DNA of 35,372 nucleotides from Trueperaceae bacterium (GTDB lineage Bacteria; Deinococcota; Deinococci; Deinococcales; Trueperaceae): NCBI GenBank assembly GCA_040905465.1, contig JBBDRK010000046.1, positions 37,452 to 72,823 of the forward strand, read 5' to 3'. Shown piece by piece: positions 1 to 8,213 of this stretch (position 1 is its first letter; each line of letters starts with the position of its first letter). The notes under the pieces were generated by a model. It saw only the letters and a program-made list of their open reading frames with translations, ran no database searches and was not told where the DNA came from. The position numbers and the translations under genes were made by a program.

Positions 1-21
1 GGGCCACGGGCCCGCGGGGGG

Positions 22-48
22 GGGGGCGGCGCGCGGCGCGCCGCCCCC
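22..48. repeat. GC-only hairpin (12-bp stem, 3-nt loop) just downstream of the substrate-binding protein gene
   Basis: GGGGGCGGCGCG-CGG-CGCGCCGCCCCC is a perfect inverted repeat, overlapping a G11 run (16-26). It may be an mRNA-stabilising or terminating hairpin, but it sits at the window edge. Confidence 0.5.
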
Positions 49-62
49 AGGGGAATGTCCGC

Positions 63-1289
63 TCAGTTTGCCGTTGCCGGCTCGAGCTGCTGGTCGCGAA
101 TTCGGTCGGCGGCGGTTGCAAGCGCCTCATCGACGGTCCGTTGACCGAGGAATACCGACTGGATCATGTCGCCGATGATCTGTTCGAACGGTTCCCAGGC
201 GAGCGGCTGGGCCTCGGGAAAGCCCTGGTCGATCATGTCGACGAACGGCCGCCAGAACGGAGTCTGGAACTCTTCCAGGTCCGCCTGGCCCTCGAGCATG
301 GGAGTGAGGCCGGACGCCAGGATCCGCTCGGTGTGCGGTTCGAATGAGGTGAGGTAGTCGACGAACGTGTACGCCGCCTCGGCGTTCGAGGAGTTCTCGG
401 CTATGACCAGCGAGTCGGCGCCCTGGATTCCACCGCACCGCGCGTGGCACGGAAGGATGGCCGTGGCGTAGGGCACCTCGTCGTTGTCCGGTTCCTGGCC
501 CATGATCGCGCGGGCCCACGGGCCGTTGATCAACATGGCGATACGGCCCTCACCGAAGAGCGTCGGCAACTCCTCGCGATTGAACTCGATCGGGTTGGGC
601 GCCACCTCGTGCTCCAGGTAGAGGTCGGTGTAGAACTGCAGCGCCTCGCTTGCTTCCGGCGTCTCCAGGTTGACTCGGCCCTCTTCGTCGAAGAACGACC
701 CGCCGGCCTGATAGAGGAAGCTCTGGAACTGCTGCACGGTACCGACGTGGGCGGCTCCGGGGATGCCGATGCCGAACGCGTCGGTCTCCTCGGTTACCCG
801 CTGCGCTGCAGCGAGCAGCTCTTCCCAGGTCGTCGGAGGGGAATCGATGAGATCGGTCCGGTAGTAGACCACCTTGGTCGAGAACGCTACCGGTAGCGCG
901 TAGAGGCTGCCCTGGAAGCTCTGGCCCTCCATCAGGCCGCTCGGGAACAGCGCCAGCTTCTCGTCGTCGACGAACTGGTCGAGTTCCATGACCCCGCCGA
1001 TGGCGGCGAAGGCCGGTATCCAGCGAGCGCCGACGTACATGACATCGGCGGCGTTGCCGGCCAGCAGGTCGGTGGTGATCTTCTGGTAGGCATCGCCCCA
1101 GCCGACGCTCTCGAGGCGTACCTCGATGTCGGGGTGTTCGGCCTCGAACTGTGCGATCATCTCCTCGACCGGCGCACGCAGGTTGGGTTGATCGACCCCT
1201 GGCTGCAGATAACGGATTACCGTCTGGGCACCGGCGGTGCAGGCGAATGCCAGCAGCAGCGGCAGAACGAGCTTACTGAACTTCATCAT
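63..1289 (-). CDS. Carbohydrate ABC transporter substrate-binding protein
   Basis: 408 aa with signal peptide (MMKFSKLVLPLLLAFACTAGA). Has SBP-family-1 type segments (FEAEHPDIEV, GSLYALP..VVYYRTDL, PTTWEEL, FGEGRIAMLINGPW). GAGGAGA RBS upstream; lies downstream of a ROK regulator. Confidence 0.93.
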   Translation of the reverse strand: MMKFSKLVLPLLLAFACTAGAQTVIRYLQPGVDQPNLRAPVEEMIAQFEAEHPDIEVRLESVGWGDAYQKITTDLLAGNAADVMYVGARWIPAFAAIGGVMELDQFVDDEKLALFPSGLMEGQSFQGSLYALPVAFSTKVVYYRTDLIDSPPTTWEELLAAAQRVTEETDAFGIGIPGAAHVGTVQQFQSFLYQAGGSFFDEEGRVNLETPEASEALQFYTDLYLEHEVAPNPIEFNREELPTLFGEGRIAMLINGPWARAIMGQEPDNDEVPYATAILPCHARCGGIQGADSLVIAENSSNAEAAYTFVDYLTSFEPHTERILASGLTPMLEGQADLEEFQTPFWRPFVDMIDQGFPEAQPLAWEPFEQIIGDMIQSVFLGQRTVDEALATAADRIRDQQLEPATAN

Positions 1290-1358
1290 TGCTTCTCCTC
1301 TCCAGTCTCGAGTGGGCGCTCGAGTTCACGCATTGCGGGCGGCAGATCGCAGGTGGTG

Positions 1359-2513
1359 CTACATGGCTGCAATCACCTCCCCGCCGTCACTCAGGTACGC
1401 CGACGCGGCCAGCCCGGCCGCGCCGCGTGCCCACACCGCCCCGTCCTCGTGACGGAACTGCAGCTTCGGCCTGTCGGGCAGCATCGGCAGGACGTGCTTC
1501 GAGTAGCTGGCGCTGACTGCCGCCTCCAAGGTAGGCCCGACCCTGGTTCCGGAACCGGTCACGATCACCAATTCCGGGCTGAACAGGTTCACCAGGTGCG
1601 ATAGCGCCAATCCCAGGGCGTGGCCAGCCCGGTCCAGAACGGCCGCCGCTCGCACCTCCCCGGCCTCTGCCAGCTCTTCGAGCCGGTCGAGCGTCTCCGC
1701 GTCCAGCCCCTGCGCCCGTGCCTCCTCGAGCAGCACCGGCACGGCTGCGACTGCCTCCAGGCAGCCACGCTTGCCGCAACGGCACTCCGGTCCGCCGGGA
1801 TCGATGGTGCAGTGACCGAGCTCGCTGGATACCCCGTGTGCCCCGCGGTGGAGCCGGCCGGCGATGAACACGCCCGCACCGATCCCCTGGCCGACCGACA
1901 GTACGGCGAAGTTGTCGTGGCGCTGCGCCGCGCCGAACAGCCGCTCCCCAAGGGCAACGGCGTTGGCGTCGTTCTCCACCGACACCGGTACCCCCAGCGA
2001 GCGCTCGAGCAGCTCGGCCACCGGAACGTTGTGCCAACCGAGGACCGTCGACTGGATGCAGGCTCCTCGGGAGCCGTCGATCAGCCCGCTCAGCGCCAGT
2101 CCGGCGCCACGTAACGCAGCTTCGTCGACCCCGGCAATCTCCAGAAGATCGTCCCGCAACGTGCGGAGCAGCGCCACTATGCCTGCCGGGCTGCTGTCGG
2201 TGGCAGGCAGGACAGCTTTCCCGCGCACCGTGCCCGCCAAGTCGGTCAGGACTCCTCGTGCTTCATCGCCGGTGATGCTGAATCCGGCGAAGAAGGCGCG
2301 TTCCGGGCGAATCTGCAGCATTATCGATGGGCGGCCGAGCTCCTCCCGGCGAATCCCGACCTCCTGGATCACCCCGCGCTCGAGCAGTTCGCGCGCCAGA
2401 GTCGACACCGCAGACTGGCTCAGTCGCGTGCGCCGGGACACGTCGGCGCGGCTCAGAGGACCGTGATCCCTGATGGTGAACAAGATCGAGGCGGCAGCCG
2501 AGGACTCTGACAT
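1359..2513 (-). CDS. ROK family transcriptional repressor (NagC/XylR-like)
   Basis: N-terminal HTH (LSRADVSRRTRLSQSAVSTLARELLERG, GRP). ROK motifs VENDANAVALGE, GIGAG and ELGH, plus the Zn motif CRCGKRGCLE. Confidence 0.95.
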   Translation of the reverse strand: MSESSAAASILFTIRDHGPLSRADVSRRTRLSQSAVSTLARELLERGVIQEVGIRREELGRPSIMLQIRPERAFFAGFSITGDEARGVLTDLAGTVRGKAVLPATDSSPAGIVALLRTLRDDLLEIAGVDEAALRGAGLALSGLIDGSRGACIQSTVLGWHNVPVAELLERSLGVPVSVENDANAVALGERLFGAAQRHDNFAVLSVGQGIGAGVFIAGRLHRGAHGVSSELGHCTIDPGGPECRCGKRGCLEAVAAVPVLLEEARAQGLDAETLDRLEELAEAGEVRAAAVLDRAGHALGLALSHLVNLFSPELVIVTGSGTRVGPTLEAAVSASYSKHVLPMLPDRPKLQFRHEDGAVWARGAAGLAASAYLSDGGEVIAAM

Positions 2514-2528
2514 GGCCTTCCAATCGCT

Positions 2529-2551
2529 TACTTACTTCAGTAAACTAAGTA
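2529..2551. promoter_or_regulatory. Putative ROK operator, 23-bp imperfect palindrome
   Basis: TACTTACTTCAGTAAACTAAGTA vs its reverse complement TACTTAGTTTACTGAAGTAAGTA (TACTTAsTT-N5-AAsTAAGTA). An AT-rich island between the promoter and the ROK start codon. Confidence 0.75.
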
Positions 2552-2559
2552 TTTACCGC

Positions 2560-2589
2560 ATCATAAGTAAGCCGGCAAGGCCACGTCAA
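2560..2589 (-). promoter_or_regulatory. Sigma70-type promoter for the ROK-SBP operon
   Basis: Minus strand TTGACG (2589-2584), 18-nt spacer, TATGAT (2565-2560). Confidence 0.7.
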
Positions 2590-2669
2590 CCCTCGCTTTC
2601 GTACGATCCGATTCTGAGTTGACACGCCCTCGCCCTCAGCCCGCGGGGACCGGCCACGGCGCTGCCCCG

Positions 2670-2903
2670 TCAGTCCTTCTTCTTCACCCAGCGGCCGTCG
2701 TCGTTCTTCTCGTACTCGTGCTTCACCGCCGACCAGGCCACCTTGTGGGCGGTTTCCTCGCGAGAGGCGTCGCCGCGCCGCTCATCGGGCTCGTCGTACT
2801 GCTCCCAGGCGCTGTTGAACGCCTCCTTGTAGATCTCCTGGGCGTGTTTGGGCACGTTGTCGCGCACGCTTTCGGGAAGCTCGGACGTATTGTCGTACGG
2901 CAT
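2670..2903 (-). CDS. chaB: ChaB family protein
   Basis: 77 aa MPYDNTSELPESVRDNVPKHAQEIYKEAFNSAWEQY...AHKVAWSAVKHEYEK is a classic ChaB pattern. ATG 2903 has a purine-rich RBS; the ORF-track start at 2963 is probably too long. Confidence 0.92.
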   Translation of the reverse strand: MPYDNTSELPESVRDNVPKHAQEIYKEAFNSAWEQYDEPDERRGDASREETAHKVAWSAVKHEYEKNDDGRWVKKKD

Positions 2904-2994
2904 CTCGTCCCCCTCTCGGCCTGATGGTTGCGTGAACCGCGGACAGAGACCGTAATTTCGCACCGGCTAATCCGGAGTGACCGCAATGAGGCGG

Positions 2995-5900
2995 CTAGCC
3001 GTCTACCCTGTGCGTGGTGCCGGCTCTCAACCCCGCCTCCAGGCAGTCGGCTACGCTCCTGGCCAGTTCCACGAGGTCGGTGTCCCCTGCTGCCGACCCG
3101 ACACCCTCACCGCGAACCAAGGCGGCAGCGACAAGGTGGCGCAGTTCATCGGCAGAATGCGTCCGCCGCTCGTCGAGGAAGCCGTTGTCCGCCAGCCACT
3201 CGCGAAGCTGAACGCGCCGGTCCTCCCGAAATCCCTTGACCTTTCCGGACCGGAGCGCCTCGAGGATCCGCTTCGCGTCGCCACCCACGTATCTCGTCAA
3301 CTCGTCCAGCCGGTCGATGTAGGTGGGCGTGACGGCTCCGGACGCCTCGAGCGCCCGCCGGTCCACCGGTCGTCCGCGGCCCACCCGCCAGAGCGCGAAC
3401 CATTCGTCCGCTGCCCGGCAACGCCACTCCAACTCCCGCTGCTCGGCCGCCGAGAGCCGATGGATCTCGGCGTCGGCGCGCAGGAAGGATCGCAGGACGC
3501 CCAACCGGTCCACGCCGGCCTCCAGCAGGCCGTGAAGCAGCTCGAGGTCGTGCCGCACGACGTGAAAGCTATGGACGGCGTCGGGCGCGCTCCACGGGTC
3601 GATTGCCGGAACCTCCAACGTCAGTGCATACTGCTCGGCGCTGGCGGTATCGGGGACAGGGACCGGACTGCGCTCGGGCAGTACCAGCGCTTCCGGATCG
3701 GTAATCGCCGCACCGGTGCCACGTACCTTGGCGATATCGACGACCGCCGGAGCAGTCACGCCCGACCCATGCCAGAAGTTGGCATCCTCTGCACGGGCGG
3801 TGAGGTAGAAGATCTGTCTGCCGCTCTCGGCCAGAACGCTGAGACTGTCGGCCACTGCCCGAAAGCGCTCCGGATCGGCGGTGGTGAGGGCTTCGTCGAG
3901 AAAGAGCGGCAACCTCCGTCGACCCTGCTCGGCATGAAGAGCGAAAGCAATGCGGACGGCCAGGAACAGCTGTGCCTTGGTACCGGTTGACAGCTCGTGC
4001 ACCGGCCGCGTCTCGCCGGTGGACGCCTCTTTCGTGCTGAAAGGCGTCTCGGACCCCGGTTCGAACCGCAGAGCGTACCGGTGGCGGGTGAACAGGCCGA
4101 ACCACTCGTCGGCCTGACGCAAGGTTTCCGGACGGCTCGCCGCCACATGCTCGTTTTCGACGGCCTCCAGCAGGAAGCTGCCGGCCGCAGCCGACATCGC
4201 CTCCTGGTAGCGACTCCTGAGCCTGTCCTCGGCGCCCTGGCGAGCCGCTCGCTTGCGCTCGAGAGTGCGTTCCCTCTCGGCCTCGCCGACCAACGTCTCG
4301 ATCGTGGTGATCCGCTCCGAGTAACCGTCCCGCCTGCCGGCCTCTTCCTGCCTGGTCGCCAGCATGACAGCCAGGGTGGGCTCGTCATCATCGGCAACCA
4401 ACTTCAGGAGGTCGTGGCGCCCGCTCAAACGGTCGAGCGGTGAGCGCTCCTCGACCGACAGGTCGCGAAGCGTCTGACTGTGCTCGCGCCACTCGGCCAT
4501 GGCGCCGAGCCGTCTGCGCAGCTCCCGTTCCGCCTCGGCCTCGTCGGCACCGGAGACGCCCGCCCTCTCGAACAGGTCCCGGACCTCCCGCCCGTTTCGG
4601 CCGAGTTCCACTTGCAGTCGCTCGCGCTCGCGTTCTGCCTCGGCGATGGCGCGATCCGCTTCGTTCCTGACCGTCAGTCTCCGCTCCAGGCTCTCCAGCC
4701 TCGCCGCCAGTACCTCCGCGTTCGGCTCCGCCTGTTCCGGCGTCTCGCCGACCCCCGCCAGAAACGACCCCAGCCGGGCGCGACTCGCCTCGATCTGCTC
4801 CTCCAGCTCGTGCAGCTCGACCCGGGCGTCGCTTCCGGCGGCCAGCGCACGATCGTGATCAGCCACCAGCTTCAGCCACCGCTCGAACGAGGCGTCCAGG
4901 CACGCGGGATCGAATCCGACTCGTTCTGCCAGCTCCGCCAGCGGTGCCCGGGCCGCCTCCAACCGCCGCCGCACCTCCTCGAGCTGGCGCTCGACCTTGC
5001 CGCGCCGTTCCAGCTCCAGCTCGAACCGCTCGGCCACGGCTATTCCTTGCCCCAGGCTCCCCAGCAGCCCGTGAACCTCGGCCACTCGCCAGGAATCCGG
5101 TCCGGGTACGCCGCACCGTTCGAAAGCCTCTCGGCTGGCACGCCTCCGGCCGCTTCCGCCCCAGCCGAACAGGTACAGCCCCAGCAGGACCACGATACCG
5201 AGCAGCAGCAACCCGACGTCGGGACGCACCGGCAGGAGCTCGCTCGCGCCGTCTCCGGACAGGGCGGCCCACGAGAGGGCGGCGAACGAAGCGAGCAGCA
5301 AGGTCAGACCGACGACGCGCCCGGCCGTCCACATGTCGGACCCTGCCGCCGCCAACCAGGCGAGGAGCTCGTGGCGTGCCGTTCGCAACCTGTCGAGCTC
5401 CGCCGCCTTGCCGGGGTCGCCCGCCAATCCGGCGAGCTCGCTCCGTAGCTGCCTCTCCTGGGCCTCCAGGTCGCGCATCTCGACGAGCCCGTTTTCCACC
5501 TGGTGGAGCGCCTCCGGGTCGAGGCGGGGCCTGGCGACCGCTGCCTCTCCTTCACGAGCTGGCGGCGCTCCGAGTTGCTCCCTCGCCTCCCGCAGCGCCA
5601 GATCCGCCTTGGACGCCTCAATCCGTTGCCTCTGCGCGAGCGGCTCCAGTCGCTGCATTCGCTTCAGTTCGGCCCGTGCCTCTCGGATGTCGCCGTCAGT
5701 CGGGCCGTCACCCAACCTGCCGCCATCCATCCGGCCGTCATTCAATGGGCCGTCACCCGATCCGCCGTCACTCAGCCCGGTGGATATCAGCTCGGCTTCG
5801 GCCGCTTGCCGCCGGCCGCGCGCAGCCTGAACCCCGGCTTGCAGCTCTTCGGAAGCCGTGCGCAACTTCGCAAGCTGCTCGAGCTCGTCGCCCCGCAGAA

Positions 5901-6591
5901 GGTCGAGGCCTTTGGGCAGCGCCTCGAGCCGCAAGCCGGTCTCACGCTGCCTGCGCCGCAGTCCGAGCAGCAGCATGGCGGCCTCGAGACTCTTCGCCTC
6001 GCTCGCAGCCGCCTCGGCAGCGGTCCGGAGTTCGCGCAGCTCGGCGAGTTGGTTCTCCCGGGCGTACAACTCCTTGCTGTTGCGCTGAGCGAGCACGAGC
6101 TCGTCGGTCGCTGCTTGCAGCTCCTTCTGCTCGTTGCCGCCCAACTGTGGCCGCGGCCTGAAAGGCTCGCTCCGCATGACCGCGGCCAGGTCGTACCCGC
6201 CGGCGAGCTCACGGGCGATGCGGGCGGCGATATCCCTGTCCGCATCCGCCGGCGCCCCCAGATCCTCGAGCCGCAGGGTGTAGCAGGAAATGAAGCGCGG
6301 GTCGGGCAGTGGCGGCGCCGGAACCTGGGTCCCGGCACTCGTCCAACTGATCGAGTCGCCGAGCCGGCTCGCCTCGAGACACGAGCCGTCATCGTCGAAC
6401 ACGCCTTCGACGAACACCCCTTGCCCTCGCAGTTCGCTCTCGTAGAACAGCGCCCGCACCGCTCGCATCACGCTGCTCTTGCCCGAGGCGTTGGGTCCGG
6501 TCAGGACGTTGACGCCCGCCGCCAGCCCGCCGAGAGTGAAGCCGGGGTGCACGCCGGGAAGCCGGTGGATTCGCAGCTCCAACAGCCTCAC
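2995..6591 (-). CDS. YhaN-like SMC/Rad50(SbcC)-type ATPase with central hydrophobic hairpin and C-terminal extension
   Basis: 1198 aa. N-terminal Walker A GPNASGKS, long coiled coils, two hydrophobic helices mid-protein, signature LSTGT, Walker B LPLFLDE. GTG start overlaps the upstream stop (GTGA). Confidence 0.88.
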   Translation of the reverse strand: MRLLELRIHRLPGVHPGFTLGGLAAGVNVLTGPNASGKSSVMRAVRALFYESELRGQGVFVEGVFDDDGSCLEASRLGDSISWTSAGTQVPAPPLPDPRFISCYTLRLEDLGAPADADRDIAARIARELAGGYDLAAVMRSEPFRPRPQLGGNEQKELQAATDELVLAQRNSKELYARENQLAELRELRTAAEAAASEAKSLEAAMLLLGLRRRQRETGLRLEALPKGLDLLRGDELEQLAKLRTASEELQAGVQAARGRRQAAEAELISTGLSDGGSGDGPLNDGRMDGGRLGDGPTDGDIREARAELKRMQRLEPLAQRQRIEASKADLALREAREQLGAPPAREGEAAVARPRLDPEALHQVENGLVEMRDLEAQERQLRSELAGLAGDPGKAAELDRLRTARHELLAWLAAAGSDMWTAGRVVGLTLLLASFAALSWAALSGDGASELLPVRPDVGLLLLGIVVLLGLYLFGWGGSGRRRASREAFERCGVPGPDSWRVAEVHGLLGSLGQGIAVAERFELELERRGKVERQLEEVRRRLEAARAPLAELAERVGFDPACLDASFERWLKLVADHDRALAAGSDARVELHELEEQIEASRARLGSFLAGVGETPEQAEPNAEVLAARLESLERRLTVRNEADRAIAEAERERERLQVELGRNGREVRDLFERAGVSGADEAEAERELRRRLGAMAEWREHSQTLRDLSVEERSPLDRLSGRHDLLKLVADDDEPTLAVMLATRQEEAGRRDGYSERITTIETLVGEAERERTLERKRAARQGAEDRLRSRYQEAMSAAAGSFLLEAVENEHVAASRPETLRQADEWFGLFTRHRYALRFEPGSETPFSTKEASTGETRPVHELSTGTKAQLFLAVRIAFALHAEQGRRRLPLFLDEALTTADPERFRAVADSLSVLAESGRQIFYLTARAEDANFWHGSGVTAPAVVDIAKVRGTGAAITDPEALVLPERSPVPVPDTASAEQYALTLEVPAIDPWSAPDAVHSFHVVRHDLELLHGLLEAGVDRLGVLRSFLRADAEIHRLSAAEQRELEWRCRAADEWFALWRVGRGRPVDRRALEASGAVTPTYIDRLDELTRYVGGDAKRILEALRSGKVKGFREDRRVQLREWLADNGFLDERRTHSADELRHLVAAALVRGEGVGSAAGDTDLVELARSVADCLEAGLRAGTTHRVDG
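5692..5770. repeat. 15-nt period degenerate tandem repeat inside the SMC-like gene (xDGxx pentapeptides)
   Basis: GCCGTCA/GCCGCCA at 5704, 5719, 5734, 5749 and 5764 (exact 15-nt period), plus 5692. Encodes SDGGS-GDGPL-NDGRM-DGGRL-GDGPT-DGD. Confidence 0.75.
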
Positions 6592-7904
6592 GGGCCGGCC
6601 TCCTTCTGTGCCAGCAGGGCGTCGAGCGCCTCGAGCGCGGCGGCTTCCAGCAGGCTGGCGATCTCGGCGTCCGGCAGAGGCGGCTCCGCCAGCGGCCGAA
6701 ACTGCCTGCGTTCGGCTATCGGCTCGAGCCGCGCACGCGCGGACCGCAGGAGTTCCGCCCGCTCCTCCGCGTCTTCGGGTCCGCGGATGAGCAGCAACCG
6801 CCGAGCCAGGAGTCCGGCCGGATCGGGAACTCGAGCCAACTCTTCGAGGTCCACCGCAGGGAGTGCCCGCAAGCGCAGGTCGTGGATGAAATAGTCGATG
6901 CCGTCGCGAGGATGCGGCCGCGCACGCGGGTCGGCCGCCTGCAGGGCCCGCCAGATCGCGGCTCGATGTCTGCTGCGACCGGTCAGCGTCAGCCGGCAGC
7001 CCACGGCGATCGGCAGGTAGGCCTGCGCCGCCAGCGTCTCGTGAAGTCCGTCGATGGCCGCTTCGATCCGGCCGTGCACCTCTTCCGCTTCGGCCAGTTC
7101 GTCGACCGGCACCTCGAGTTCCTCCCAGCGAAGCGGCGCCAACGGTAGGTGCTGCATGGTCGGACGGCCGCCGGAGACCTCGAGCAGCCAGGCTCCACGG
7201 GCTCCTCGTTCACCCGGGTGGCTTCCAGTGAGCGAACCCAGGTAGCCGATCGGCTGACTGCCGGACATCGGATCCGGTTTGTGAACATGACCCAGGAGCC
7301 AGGCGTCGAGCGCCGCGGCTTGCAGATCGGCCGAGCGCACCGGCGCGTAGCGGCCGACTGCCCCGTCGCGGTCGCAATGAAGCAGTCCGATCGTTATCTC
7401 CGTTCCCCTCTCGGGCAACTGTTGGGCCAGTGGATTCAGCGAAACCGTGTCACGAGGAAAGGACCAGCCCAGCAGGCGCAGCCGGGCTCCGCCGGTACCC
7501 TCGAGAGTCAGTTCCTCCCATTCACCGCCGGCGCCCAACAGGGTGAAGCCGGACACAGCCGCCGCAAGGCGCGGAAGCACGTCGACATCGTGATTGCCTG
7601 CCACGCCCAGTACCCGAACGCCGGCCTCAGCAAGCCTCTCGACCCCCTTGCGCAGATCGGCGTACGCTTCGTAGAAGTCGTCGCTCTGCTCGACGACGTC
7701 ACCGGCCAGAACGACAGCGTCAACACGCTCGCTGAGCGCGGTGTCTACCAGGCGAAACCAGGCGGCTGTCGGCGAGAGGGCACGCGGAGCGTAGCTGTCG
7801 AGGAGCGAGGCGGGCACGCGCGAGGGTTGCTTGCCGAGGTGGATGTCGGCCGCGCACAGCAGGCGCACGCTGGAAGAACCGGCCTGTCGGCTCGCAAGAG
7901 TCAT
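6588..7904 (-). CDS. Mre11/SbcD(YhaO)-like metallophosphoesterase / DNA repair nuclease
   Basis: All calcineurin-like motifs are present: ADIHLG, AGDVVE, GNHD, LLH, LGHVH, YLGS. ATG 7904 overlaps the stop of the upstream small ORF (ATGA). The ORF-track extension to 8123 looks non-coding in this frame. Confidence 0.9.
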   Translation of the reverse strand: MTLASRQAGSSSVRLLCAADIHLGKQPSRVPASLLDSYAPRALSPTAAWFRLVDTALSERVDAVVLAGDVVEQSDDFYEAYADLRKGVERLAEAGVRVLGVAGNHDVDVLPRLAAAVSGFTLLGAGGEWEELTLEGTGGARLRLLGWSFPRDTVSLNPLAQQLPERGTEITIGLLHCDRDGAVGRYAPVRSADLQAAALDAWLLGHVHKPDPMSGSQPIGYLGSLTGSHPGERGARGAWLLEVSGGRPTMQHLPLAPLRWEELEVPVDELAEAEEVHGRIEAAIDGLHETLAAQAYLPIAVGCRLTLTGRSRHRAAIWRALQAADPRARPHPRDGIDYFIHDLRLRALPAVDLEELARVPDPAGLLARRLLLIRGPEDAEERAELLRSARARLEPIAERRQFRPLAEPPLPDAEIASLLEAAALEALDALLAQKEAGP

Positions 7905-8210
7905 GGCCGGGAGTGCGCGAGGTGAGAGTCGAACGCCCGATCGAGTGCGGTGAGGTACGCGGCCGCAAGCCAACCGACCGGCTCCGGCGCAATCCGCCGA
8001 ATCGACCTGGCCCCGATCTGTTCCGCCTGCGCCTCGTTGTCTCGGGACAGCCCGGTCATGCCGGCCGGCAGATACACCTGAAAGGTATAGATCCTCGTGA
8101 CGTTGCTCGATAGCGGGAAACACATGGGGTCATACGTGCTCGATCTTATCTGCCGGGCGACGGCGGTGGCGCGGATCGTTCTCGTTTGCCGTGCCGCAAG
8201 CGGCAGACTG
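7901..8210 (-). pseudogene. mazF: Degenerate MazF/PemK endoribonuclease toxin; intact 74-codon C-terminal ORF at 7901-8125
   Basis: PLSSNVTRIYTFQVYLPAGMTGLSRDNEAQAEQI...PVGWLAAAYLTALDRAFDSHL matches, from memory, the C-terminal half of actinobacterial-type MazF (PxTSN...YPFQV..TGL..D.KAQAEQIR...LDEAL..HL). Upstream, AAC GAT (8180-8175) + 1 nt + RATAVAR resembles the ND-RA-x-A segment. The N-terminal RG..W and RP catalytic region is not recognisable. Confidence 0.72.
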
Positions 8211-8213
8211 CCG

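Noticed and set aside
2977-6894. Long plus-strand ORFs (337, 322, 405, 463 aa) opposite the SMC-like gene
   Set aside because: Antisense shadow ORFs expected in high-GC coding DNA; no recognisable motifs.
7905-8123. 73-aa N-terminal extension of the SbcD-like ORF in the ORF track
   Set aside because: No family-like sequence in this frame. The overlapping frame carries the MazF-like peptide, and ATG 7904 has an ATGA coupling.
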